Notes: generated by a model from the letters alone, not told the origin. A DNA stretch of 64,000 nt from an uncultured Gemmatimonadales bacterium (GCA_963815325.1 CAWFGG010000002.1:709472-773471); one strand, 5' to 3'; positions 1 through 8,328 are shown, counted from the first letter of the stretch. Program-made: numbers and translations.

Positions 1-222
1 GTGGTGGCCAACAGCATGGCACCTACCGTGTGCCGTTGTCCTGCCCTGGAGTCATTGCTCGAGCTCGAGCTGTTGGTGACCTCGCCGGAGGACCTGCTCC
101 CCGCCATCCGACAGGACGTCGCGCCCATCGACGACATCCGGTCGACGGCCCGCTACCGCGAGACGGTCATGGCGCGGGTGCTGTACTTCGGGCTCAGGGA
201 CAGATGTCCGTTCATTCACTGA
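1..222 (+). CDS. 3' end of a xanthine-dehydrogenase/CO-dehydrogenase-family FAD-binding (medium) subunit; gene starts upstream of the window
   Basis: Frame is open from base 1 to TGA 220-222. The tail 'APIDDIRSTARYRETVMARVLYFGL' resembles the CO-dehydrogenase flavoprotein C-terminal domain. Partial gene, so this is a family-level call only. Confidence 0.55.
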   Translation: MVANSMAPTVCRCPALESLLELELLVTSPEDLLPAIRQDVAPIDDIRSTARYRETVMARVLYFGLRDRCPFIH

Positions 223-237
223 CGCCGAGGCTCGGCG

Positions 238-1581
238 ATGGGGGCTGACCTGCCCCGGCGCAGCCTCTCTCGGACCTATCTGGTCCTCTTGCTCGGCGGA
301 ATCTTTCTGTTCCGGCTGGCATTCGGGCTCATGGGCAGGCGCTGGGGCTCGAGCGCGGATGACGCTCAGGTGTATCTCCTGGGGCTCAAGTTCTACACCA
401 CAGGAGCCTGGCCCTACTTCGGACCCGATGTGGTCTGGACCAAGAGTCAAATCCCAGGAGCGCTTCAAGGGCTCTTGGTCGGCGGGCCTCTGTATCTCAT
501 ACCGATACCCGAGGCTCCGTTCGTCTTGTTGAACCTGCTGTCCTTCGGTGCCCTGGCGTTTCTTGCGTGGTACATGGAGCGTCGGGTGCCCGGCGTGCCC
601 CGGTGGTTCGTGTGGATGTGGCTCTTGCTGTCGCCCTGGACGATCAACTTCTCGACTCACGTGATCAATCCGTCCTATGTCCTCCCCGGCGCAGTGCTCT
701 TCCTGATCGGCCTCTTGGAAGGAATGCCGCGTTGGCGCCTCGGCGCAATCCCGATCACCTGGGCCTGGGCCATGATGGGATTCGGCGTTACCTGGGTCTT
801 TCAGCTCCACATGTCGTACCCAATCATGCTGCCGTTCTTGGCCTTGGCGGCGTTCGACCTCCTTCGCCGCCAGGCGGCGCACTTTCCCAAAGCACTCGGT
901 GGCCTCGTGCTGGGTGCGGCCGTTCCCGGCAGCCTCCTCTTGCCCACCTTCATGCAGTATGGACTCGGTGGAGGATTGGGTGGTACCGAAGCCAACGTCG
1001 TGACGGGCTTCGAGTTGAGTAAGCTCCTCGAATTGCTGTTGACGATCCTCGCCCGGTTTCTCTCCTTTGCGAGCTACGAGCTGCCACGTTTCTTGGGGTC
1101 ACACACCGTTGACCGGATGGCGTTTCTGAGCCGGCAGCCATGGGTCATCCCATTCGCCGCGTTCGCGGGCGTAGTCGGGTTGCTTCAGCCCATCGCACTC
1201 CTCGTGCTCTTCTTCCGGCCAAACCCGACCCCCCATTGGCAGCGCATTCGCTGGCTGGCCTTTGGCACCGTGATGCTCTTGTTCGTCTCCTTCTTATTTT
1301 CCATTCGAGGACCGCGGTCACATACGTTCTACCTGGTCTATCCCATCGCGAATCTCTTTGCCTTTGCATGTTGGGCACCCTACTTCGAGCGGCGTCTATG
1401 GCGCGGAGTCGCTATCGCGCTCCTCGTATCCGGAGTATTGGTCAACGTGAGTCAAGTGGTCGACCGATTCCCTTCCCAGTCCTTCTACCAGGACCGGCCA
1501 GCCATTAAGCGGGCGATCGACGCGCGCGACTATAGGGTATATGGCGAACGACGGGCAGATATCTGGGGATGCTGCTATTGA
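238..1581 (+). CDS. polytopic membrane protein, possibly a GT-C-type (ArnT/PMT-like) glycosyltransferase
   Basis: 447-aa ORF with its ATG 16 nt after the preceding stop. Many hydrophobic segments. Acidic 'SSADDAQVY' motif in the first predicted loop, as in GT-C enzymes. Function is inference. Confidence 0.6.
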   Translation: MGADLPRRSLSRTYLVLLLGGIFLFRLAFGLMGRRWGSSADDAQVYLLGLKFYTTGAWPYFGPDVVWTKSQIPGALQGLLVGGPLYLIPIPEAPFVLLNLLSFGALAFLAWYMERRVPGVPRWFVWMWLLLSPWTINFSTHVINPSYVLPGAVLFLIGLLEGMPRWRLGAIPITWAWAMMGFGVTWVFQLHMSYPIMLPFLALAAFDLLRRQAAHFPKALGGLVLGAAVPGSLLLPTFMQYGLGGGLGGTEANVVTGFELSKLLELLLTILARFLSFASYELPRFLGSHTVDRMAFLSRQPWVIPFAAFAGVVGLLQPIALLVLFFRPNPTPHWQRIRWLAFGTVMLLFVSFLFSIRGPRSHTFYLVYPIANLFAFACWAPYFERRLWRGVAIALLVSGVLVNVSQVVDRFPSQSFYQDRPAIKRAIDARDYRVYGERRADIWGCCY

Positions 1582-1612
1582 TGGGCGTACGCGGCCCGGT
1601 TCCCCGAGACCC

Positions 1613-2470
1613 TCATGACGTAAGTGCTGTACGATGGTCTTCGAGACGCCTGCGATTCGCTCCAGTAACCAGCACCGCTATCCCCCCGGCCACGAGCATC
1701 AAACACATCCACTGCGACGTCGAGAGCAGATCGTTTGCTGCGGCGCCTCCCCCAGCCGGATCGCGCAGGAACTCCCACGGAAAGCGCGTGGCACCGTAGA
1801 TCAGCAGGAACGACCCAAAAGTGACGCCAGGCCGGTCGCGCCAGCGCCGCCAGATCGCGGTCACGATCAGGAACACCACCAGACCATTCACCAACAGGTA
1901 CAGCTGGAACGGATGGACCGCGAGCGACGCCTCGGCGGTGGGTGGGAGTAAACCGGCAGCGACGTGAGCCTGATACGGCAGGCTCCCGGCGGGAAACTGG
2001 ACCGCCCACGCCACGTCGGTGACCCTCCCGAAGTCATCTCCCTTGAGGAAGCAGCTCCAGCGCGCGATGAACGGCCCGAGCGCGACGACCGACCCGGCCG
2101 TGTCGAGATAGGGCCAGACCGGGATTCGACTGAACCCGGTGTACAGCAGCGTCCCGATGATCCCACCGAGGTAGGCGCCCCAGGACGCCGTGCCTCGCGA
2201 GAGGTTGAACCACGCGAGGAAATCGAGCCGCAACAGGTCCCCGGTCGTGACCAGGTAGAAGAGCCGCGTGCCGATGACCGCGCCGACTGCCGCCGAGAGC
2301 ACGATCTCGAGCGCGCGCTGATGGTCGAGGCCGGCGATCCTCGCGCGGCGGAGAAACACAAATGTCAGGAGCACCAAGGCGATCCCGTACATGAGGCCAG
2401 GTCGCGGCACCAGGGCGGCGAGCCAGCCGAAGCCGGCACCCTCCAGGTATTGCATGATGGTCGGGCGCAT
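1613..2470 (-). CDS. lgt: prolipoprotein diacylglyceryl transferase
   Basis: 285-aa membrane ORF with Lgt-like blocks 'GTASWGAYLGGIIG', 'ARWSCFLKGDDFGRVTDVAWAVQFP', 'HPFQLYLLV' and 'IYGATRFPWEFLRD'. Confidence 0.75.
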   Translation of the reverse strand: MRPTIMQYLEGAGFGWLAALVPRPGLMYGIALVLLTFVFLRRARIAGLDHQRALEIVLSAAVGAVIGTRLFYLVTTGDLLRLDFLAWFNLSRGTASWGAYLGGIIGTLLYTGFSRIPVWPYLDTAGSVVALGPFIARWSCFLKGDDFGRVTDVAWAVQFPAGSLPYQAHVAAGLLPPTAEASLAVHPFQLYLLVNGLVVFLIVTAIWRRWRDRPGVTFGSFLLIYGATRFPWEFLRDPAGGGAAANDLLSTSQWMCLMLVAGGIAVLVTGANRRRLEDHRTALTS

Positions 2471-2556
2471 GGTACGTCAGCTCCCAGCGGCGCTCACTGC
2501 CTATCTAGCGCGCCTTGGCGACTCATGGATAGGTTGTCACGGAATGATGACCTGGC

Positions 2557-3555
2557 TTGCCGCCAAGGTACACCGTGGTCGTCAAAAATACAGCGAGGCG
2601 TATGCAGGCGCTCTGGCTCGACAAGCAGCACCTGACCCTTCGGGATGATATCCCCCGGCCCAAGCCGCCTACGGGCGAGGCGCTGGTCCGCGTGCTCCAG
2701 GCCGGCATCTGCAACACCGACCTGGAGCTCGTGCGGGGTTACTACCCCTACAATGGAATTCTTGGGCACGAGTTTGTGGGCCTAGTCGAACAGGGGCCAA
2801 GCGAGTTGGTAGGAAGTAAGGTGGTGGGGGAGATCAATGCCGTGTGTCACCAATGCCACGCCTGCCGCGAGGGCCGGTCGACCCACTGCGCCAACCGCAC
2901 GGTCCTGGGAATCGTGAACCGACATGGCGCCTTCGCCGAGTACCTGACGCTGCCGGTCGAAAATCTCTACATGGTACCGGACAACGTCACGACCGATGCC
3001 GCGACCTTCACCGAGCCGCTCGCGGCGGCGCTCGAGATCCAGCAGCAGATCGCCGTCACCCCCGACGACCACGTGCTGGTGGTGGGCGACGGGAAGCTGG
3101 GCCAGCTGATCGCGCAGACGCTGGCGCTCACCGGTTGCGAGCTTCTCGCGGTAGGCCGGCACCAGGAGAAGCTCGACCTGTTGGAACAACGCGGCATCCG
3201 GACCGGACTGGGCGACCGGGTCGAGCCCGGCCGCTACGACGTCGCGGTCGAGTGCACCGGCAACCCGGACGGATTCGCCCTGGCCCAACAGGCCCTCCGG
3301 CCGCGCGGCACGCTGGTCATGAAGAGCACCTATGCCGGCCAGCTGACCTTCGACGCCTCGGCGGTCGTGGTCAACGAGATCACGCTGGTGGGCTCGCGCT
3401 GCGGGCCGTTCCCTCCGGCCCTCCGGCTCCTGGCCGAACGGCGCGTGGACGTCCTCCCACTCATCGACGCGCGCTACCCATTGAGCGACGGGTTCGCCGC
3501 GATGGAGCACGCGGCCCGGAAGGGAACGCTCAAGGTGCTCCTGACGATGGAGTGA
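2557..3555 (+). CDS. zinc-dependent alcohol/threonine-dehydrogenase-family oxidoreductase (MDR superfamily)
   Basis: 332-aa ORF. Catalytic-Zn region 'GICNTDLELVRG...GHEFVG', structural-Zn Cys cluster 'CHQCHACREGRSTHC', Rossmann 'VVGDGKLG'. Confidence 0.85.
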   Translation: MPPRYTVVVKNTARRMQALWLDKQHLTLRDDIPRPKPPTGEALVRVLQAGICNTDLELVRGYYPYNGILGHEFVGLVEQGPSELVGSKVVGEINAVCHQCHACREGRSTHCANRTVLGIVNRHGAFAEYLTLPVENLYMVPDNVTTDAATFTEPLAAALEIQQQIAVTPDDHVLVVGDGKLGQLIAQTLALTGCELLAVGRHQEKLDLLEQRGIRTGLGDRVEPGRYDVAVECTGNPDGFALAQQALRPRGTLVMKSTYAGQLTFDASAVVVNEITLVGSRCGPFPPALRLLAERRVDVLPLIDARYPLSDGFAAMEHAARKGTLKVLLTME

Positions 3556-3560
3556 TGGTG

Positions 3561-3623
3561 AGCTAGTTGCTAGTCTCTGGTCGCTAGTCTCTAGTCTCGG
3601 TTCTCCTTACTCCTTACTCCATT
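3561..3623. repeat. heptamer microsatellite tracts: TAGTCTC-like units (3561-3598), then CTCCTTA x3 (3603-3623)
   Basis: Read directly: 'gctagttgctagtctctggtcgctagtctctagtctc' followed by 'ctcctta ctcctta ctccatt'. Starts 6 nt after the ADH stop codon. Confidence 0.8.
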
Positions 3624-3660
3624 ACCCTCGGTGCTGTCATCTACCCTCGGTGCTGTCATC
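3623..3660. repeat. perfect 19-bp tandem duplication 'taccctcggtgctgtcatc' x2, including the left terminus of the MITE-like element
   Basis: 3623-3641 and 3642-3660 are identical. The second unit runs straight into 'ccgagcgaagcgaggg'. Confidence 0.9.
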
Positions 3661-3793
3661 CCGAGCGAAGCGAGGGATCTCCTCAACGGTTCCCCGAAAG
3701 CGGCCTCGCCATGCGGCTCCCCGACCATGCGTTAATGAGATCCCTCGGGCACTTCGTGCCCTCGGGATGACAATTGGAGAAATGATCGACCTC
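3653..3793 (+). mobile_element. MITE-like / REP-like palindromic element, copy A (141 bp)
   Basis: Terminal inverted repeats: 'tgtcatcccgag' at the left end and 'ctcgggatgaca' at the right. Inner arms 'gagggatctc'/'gagatccctc'. A same-length, same-orientation copy lies at 8114-8254. No coding capacity beyond shadow ORFs. Confidence 0.6.
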
Positions 3794-3843
3794 CTCACTC
3801 CTTACTCCTTACTCCTTACTTCTTGCTCCTCAGTCCTCACTCC
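3791..3843. repeat. heptamer microsatellite (CTCCTYA)n, about 7.5 units; reads (TRAGGAG)n on the minus strand
   Basis: 'ctcctca ctcctta ctcctta ctcctta cttcttg ctcctca gtcctca ctcc'. Overlaps the stop codon (3837-3839) of the minus-strand amidohydrolase gene. Confidence 0.85.
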
Positions 3844-4542
3844 CCGCCAGTTCCCCGCACAGGGCAGCCACGCACCGCGCGCCGCACTTCCCGGCCGCGA
3901 GCGCCACGCCCCTTCATGTGCTTCTGGTTCACCTCGAGCTCGATCCCGAGATAGGCCGACGGGGGGAACCGGGTTCGCAGGTACGTGGTGAGGCCGTCGG
4001 TGTTGCCCCGATAGGGATAGTTCCGGCGCACGACGATCCGGGGACTCACGCCGCGGATCCTCTGCTGGATGGCTTTGCAGAACGACACTTCGAGACGGCG
4101 TGCGGGATCGTACAGGAGGCCGACGTCGGCCGTGCGGGTGACGTCGCGAAGACGAGGGGTGAAGCTGTGCACGCTCAGGTGCACCACCCGCCGACCGTCG
4201 CGGACCAGTCGCGCAAGTGCGACCATCGAGTTCGGTGCGGAACGGGACGTAGTACCGCTCGAGCACCAGGGCGCGCTCGTCGGGCCCGAGGCTGCGGGAG
4301 AACTCGGAGAACACGCGCGGGTGGTGCGGTGAGCGGTTGAGCTCGACCAAGAGTCGGGTCGTCCGGGAGGCCACGAGCGGGGCACGGAGCCGCCGGGCAA
4401 GTCTCACCGCGAGATCGAGCGCGCCCGCGTCATAGCCGCGATGGCTGGACAGGACCCGCCCGGCAGACGCGAACAAGTGGGCATAGCGCCGTGGAACCGT
4501 GTTGCCGCCGTGCTCGCACGACACCACCACGGCGCTAGGCAT
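3837..4542 (-). pseudogene. N-formylglutamate-amidohydrolase-fold (FGase/HutG-like) hydrolase, disrupted by a 1-nt frame change near 4227
   Basis: The N-terminal half 'MPSAVVVSCEHGGNTVP...ERYYVPFRTEL' is in the frame of ORF 3802-4575. The C-terminal half 'MVALARLVRDGRRVVHLSVHSFTPRL...YLGIELEVNQ' is in the frame of ORF 3837-4400. Together they give a colinear FGase-like protein. This could be a true pseudogene or an assembly indel. Confidence 0.7.
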
Positions 4543-5781
4543 CGTGGCCTGAGCTGCCTCCCCTCGGCCAGGCACGCCGCCAACTCCCGGTAGAGCGGCA
4601 CCATCCCGTCGCGAGATGGTCTACTGCCCAACCTGGCCAGCATGCGACGGGCGAGGCATCCGTCGCGCCCGATGACACCGAGCGGCGCATGCAATTCGGC
4701 CGCAATGGTGCCGTTGGTGCAGTATCGCTCCGCCAGCGCCCGCCAGAGATCCCCCACCGTGCGGCTCGGCGCGCCGCCACATCCCAACAGCATCAGGTAG
4801 TCGCCGTCCGGAACCGGTGCCGTGTCAGCCTGGTGAATGGTCGACTCCAGGAGTGCCCGCAACGCGGCACCCGGATAATCGCGCTGATCGGTCCACCGGC
4901 TGGTCTCCTCCGTGGCGAGCGCCTCGACCACCGCCGACACGAGGGCCGCGATGGCCACGTCGGCCTGGGGACATTCCTGCATGTCGATCACCCGGATCTC
5001 GACCGTGCCGCGGTCGAATCGAGCGATGGCCCCCCGGGCGTTTACCCACTCGTCCCGAAGGATTCCTTCGGGATCGAGCGGTGCCAAGTCGCGGTAGATG
5101 GGTTCGAGGATGCGTTCATTGTACTCCGCTTCCGACTCGACCGGTTCGGGAATGACCGCGCCGGCAATGGACGGGACGCGGGCGGCATTCGACTGATAGA
5201 CCGCGAGCCGGGTATCGAGCGAGCCGCTGACCACGCCGTCCGCGATGGGCGTGCTCGCGGCCAGGGCGGGGATGATCGGCAGCACTCAGACGAATAGCCG
5301 AGTGGAGCCTGGCGAACTCCGCGTCATCGGAGAAAGGCAGGTTGACGTGAACGCTTTGGAGATTGGCCCACCCGTGGCGGGCGCAATCGAACAGGCGATC
5401 GAATGTGGCGTACACCTCGTGGAACTCATGCGGCCAAATACGAAATTCCTGCTGCGGGTCCATCCAGGGGTGGGTGCCGGTTGGCAGGAGGCGCGCGTCC
5501 CACGACTCGAGCCGCTCATTGATGTACGCGACTTCGCCCTGGAATTGATCTGCGAGCCCGACGAGCGTGTCGACCGGGCCGTTGGTCTTGAGCTCGATCA
5601 GATGGAGCGCCAGCTCGTTGGACCAGCCCATGTTGCCGCGCTCGACATCGCACACGATGGTACCGGCCTCGGCTTCGAGCAGCCGGTCGGCAATGGGACG
5701 AACGACGAGAGACTCGGCATCGACGATCATGTACTCGAGCTCGATCCCGATCGCCTCGAACAGGCCGAGACGGGCGGTCAT
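4404..5781 (-). pseudogene. GCS2-type carboxylate-amine ligase (glutamate-cysteine-ligase family 2), frame change near 5286; true 3' end uncertain
   Basis: ATG 5779-5781 overlaps the upstream TGA (ATGA). 'MTARLGLFEAIGIELEYMIVD...FARLHSAIRL' is in one frame and 'VLPIIPALAASTPIADG...VEIRVIDMQECP...' continues in another. The second frame has no stop until 4404, which is 138 nt inside the next gene. The natural end is probably near 4535-4545. Confidence 0.7.
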
Positions 5782-7253
5782 AGCCTGGCCGGAGCCACGC
5801 CTCGTTCGTCGAGTTTGGTCCGGAAGTACTGCATGATGGACAGGTAGAGCTGGTCCCCCAGGATGGTGTCCTCGTACCCGGCGTCGATGGAGGGGTTGTC
5901 GTTGATCTCGATGATCCGGAACTTCCCGTCGATCTCCTTCACGTCCACACCGTAGAGTCCGTCGCCGACCAACGAGGCGGCCTTGACGCCCAACTCGACG
6001 GCGCGGGCCGGCGCGTCCTCCAACGCCACCGCTTCCACCTTGCCGTACCGTCGGCGGCCAGGGCGCCCACTGATGATCTGCCAATGGCCCCGTGCCATGT
6101 GGTATTTGCAGACATAGAGCGCCTCGCGATTCAGCACGCCGATCCGCCAGTCGAACCCGGTCGGCAGCCATTCCTGCACGATGGCCAGGTCGGACTGCTC
6201 GAACACCTGCTTCAAACACTCCACGAATTGGTCGTGCCCCTGCTCGATCTTGATGACCCCCTGCGAGAACGAGCTGTCCGGCAGCTTCACGACACAGGGA
6301 AACCCGATGGCGGCGGCGACCTCCTCGACATTGTCCTCATGAACCACCATGGTCTTCGGACACGGCAGGTCATAGCGGTCGAACAGCTCCGCCTGGTACA
6401 CCTTGTTCGAGCACCGGATGATCGATTCGGGGTCGTCCACGACAATCAGCCCCTCGGTCGCGGCGCGTTGGGCAAATCGAAATGTGTGGTGATCGACCGA
6501 GGTCACTTCGCGAATAAAGAGGGCGTCGAACTCCGCAATGCGACCGTAGTCCTCGGGACCGATGACGCTCGCGGCGATGCCGACGTCCTGCCCCGCTGCA
6601 ATGAACTTCTTGATCGAACGTTCCCAGGACGGGGCGTTTTCATCGAGTGGGTTCCAGAGAATCGCCAGATCGTAGCGGGCCACCTGGGGCTTCGCTCGGC
6701 GCGCGTGCTTCGGCTTGGCGAAGTACCGCCCCGCCTCGGCCTCCACGAAATCCTGGTGGGCTTCGGGGATTTCGCTGGTCGCAATGGCGCGGAGTCCCTG
6801 CAACTTCCAGCGCGCGTCCTCCCAGACAAAGCTGGCGCGGAGAAACGGCGCGGGAAACTGATTGAAGAGCGCACGGCTCAGCCGATCGTAGCGCTTCGCC
6901 AGGTTGCGCCCGAAGTAGATGCTCAGCTCGAATGATTCGGACTTGAGCGGCGCCAGGTTCCGTTGAATCAGATCGTCCAGGTCCTCCCCCACGATGCGCA
7001 GAATGGGCGAGAGCTGGAGCGCCTGGATGGTGGCCACCGAGGGCATGGGTTTGTGCCCCCGAGCGGCAGCGAGCAGCGATACGTAATAGCCCAGCCCTTG
7101 GTAGCCGTACCGGCGGCAGAGGTTGTAGACCGTGGTTCGGCGCAGTTCGGCGTAGCGCGGATCGGTCAGATAGGCGCGAGCCGAGACGACGTCCACGCCG
7201 GGAATCGTGAAGTGCCACCGCTTGGTGTTCTCGATGACGACGAGTGGCTTCAT
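5778..7253 (-). CDS. RimK-like ATP-grasp amidoligase with a roughly 200-aa N-terminal extension
   Basis: Intact 491-aa ORF. ATP-grasp blocks 'GFPCVVKLPDSSFSQGV', 'AIVQEWLPTGFDWRIGVL', 'GVDVKEIDGKFRIIEINDNPSID'. The N-terminal region 'YGYQGLGYYVSLLAAARGH' resembles the RimK-like ATP-grasp N-terminal domain as I recall it. Start ATG overlaps the upstream stop. Confidence 0.85.
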   Translation of the reverse strand: MKPLVVIENTKRWHFTIPGVDVVSARAYLTDPRYAELRRTTVYNLCRRYGYQGLGYYVSLLAAARGHKPMPSVATIQALQLSPILRIVGEDLDDLIQRNLAPLKSESFELSIYFGRNLAKRYDRLSRALFNQFPAPFLRASFVWEDARWKLQGLRAIATSEIPEAHQDFVEAEAGRYFAKPKHARRAKPQVARYDLAILWNPLDENAPSWERSIKKFIAAGQDVGIAASVIGPEDYGRIAEFDALFIREVTSVDHHTFRFAQRAATEGLIVVDDPESIIRCSNKVYQAELFDRYDLPCPKTMVVHEDNVEEVAAAIGFPCVVKLPDSSFSQGVIKIEQGHDQFVECLKQVFEQSDLAIVQEWLPTGFDWRIGVLNREALYVCKYHMARGHWQIISGRPGRRRYGKVEAVALEDAPARAVELGVKAASLVGDGLYGVDVKEIDGKFRIIEINDNPSIDAGYEDTILGDQLYLSIMQYFRTKLDERGVAPARL

Positions 7254-7975
7254 GGTTGGCTGGTGCCAGGCTGGATGACGAGCAGGTTAGCATCGTAGGT
7301 CAGTGCGCCGAGCAGCACCGCGCCCAACAGCCGCTGAATGCCCACCGAATAGTAGTGGGTGCCGAACCGCGGGTTGTCTTGGAAGGGATCTGCCACCAAT
7401 GCCTCGCGACTATCCGGGTCGTACCCGTAGAGCACCACGAAGTGCCCGGCCGGCTCTCCCCGGACATCGTCGTAGTAGAGCTTTTCCTTCCCACGCTCGC
7501 GCGCGCACCCGAACAGGTAGGTGGCGCTGAGCCCGGTTAGGACCGGGTGGCCACGGTTCAAGTATCGTCTTATCAAATCAGGGTTCAGTTCCTTGAACCG
7601 GATCCGGCCGCCCAGTTCGAGGAACCGGAGGTAGGCCTTCGTCGCAAAGCGAAGCTTCGCCGAGCGCTTGACCTTGGCCTGCGACCTGAGCCGTCCCGCC
7701 AAATCGACCTTCCGATCACCAAACCAGCTCGGGTCGAACACGTCGAGGTTGTAGGTGAAGATGGTGGCTTGGTAACCACGCTCGAGCGCGTGGCACGCCA
7801 AGAGGACCGCCAGGGTCCCGCCGCCTTTCAGTGGCTTGATCTCGTCGATGACCTGGCCCAGCGAGATAGTGTCGCCATAGTAGCGATAGACCGCATGCAG
7901 GCAAGTCGGCCCACAGGTCATGTCGTTGGGCTGGGGAAGGATCTCGAGGGTGAGCTTGGAGCTGCGGGGGTCCAC
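7250..7975 (-). CDS. papain-like cysteine peptidase (C39-like)
   Basis: 241-aa ORF with a GTG start. Catalytic-Cys motif 'QPNDMTCGPTCL' and His motif 'GHFVVLYGYD'. Stop overlaps the ATG of the ATP-grasp gene (7250-7253). Confidence 0.75.
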   Translation of the reverse strand: MDPRSSKLTLEILPQPNDMTCGPTCLHAVYRYYGDTISLGQVIDEIKPLKGGGTLAVLLACHALERGYQATIFTYNLDVFDPSWFGDRKVDLAGRLRSQAKVKRSAKLRFATKAYLRFLELGGRIRFKELNPDLIRRYLNRGHPVLTGLSATYLFGCARERGKEKLYYDDVRGEPAGHFVVLYGYDPDSREALVADPFQDNPRFGTHYYSVGIQRLLGAVLLGALTYDANLLVIQPGTSQP

Positions 7976-8113
7976 TGCAATTACGCCTTTCGTGCGGCAG
8001 TACGCGGGCGAGAAGTCTCAATGGTGCCGGGTCCGTCGTCAAGGGCAGGGATGTCTGACGCCTCAGCGGTTGGGCGGCCCGAAGGTTAGGCACGCACGGT
8101 TGCCCATCCCAGG

Positions 8114-8254
8114 CTGTCATCCCGAGCAAAGCGAGGGATCTCCTCAACCGTGCCCCGAACGCGGGCTCGTCCACGTAACCTACCGGCATGAGTCAGTAAG
8201 ATCCCTCGGGCGCTTCGCACCCTCGGGATGACAATCGGAGAAATACCCGACCTC
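8114..8254 (+). mobile_element. MITE-like / REP-like palindromic element, copy B (141 bp)
   Basis: Same termini and orientation as copy A. By-eye alignment shows the left ~50 nt and right ~57 nt nearly identical and the centre divergent. One compensatory a-t to g-c change in the 'gggcac ttc gtgccc' mini-hairpin. Confidence 0.6.
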
Positions 8255-8328
8255 TAAATCTTCCCACCTACCGCAGTCCGCGGCTGAAGCCGCGACTCGG
8301 CTGCTGTCGCTAAAGCGACTCCGCACCC

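Noticed and set aside
52-882. Long antisense or out-of-frame ORFs in the six-frame track. Examples: 52-882(-), 8384-9448(-), 21627-23030(-), 23007-24356(+), 32454-33968(+), 33925-35577(-), 36655-37791(+), 39899-41086(+), 48453-49958(+), 50522-51790(+), 62679-63659(+).
   Set aside because: Each lies opposite or out of frame to a gene with clear family motifs. Their translations are Arg/Gly/Pro/His-rich with no motifs, which is the usual shadow-ORF effect of a high-GC genome.
3791-3843. Could the tandem heptamers or the two 141-bp repeats be a CRISPR array?
   Set aside because: The repeat unit is 7 bp with no spacers. The 141-bp copies are 4.3 kb apart and flank ordinary genes. No cas genes are present.
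5782-6219. N-terminal 146 codons of ORF 5116-6219, and the C-terminal part of the same ORF (5116-5285).
   Set aside because: The N-terminal part is an out-of-frame read of the ATP-grasp gene. The real GCS2 start is the ATGA-coupled ATG at 5781. The 3' part is post-frameshift nonsense.
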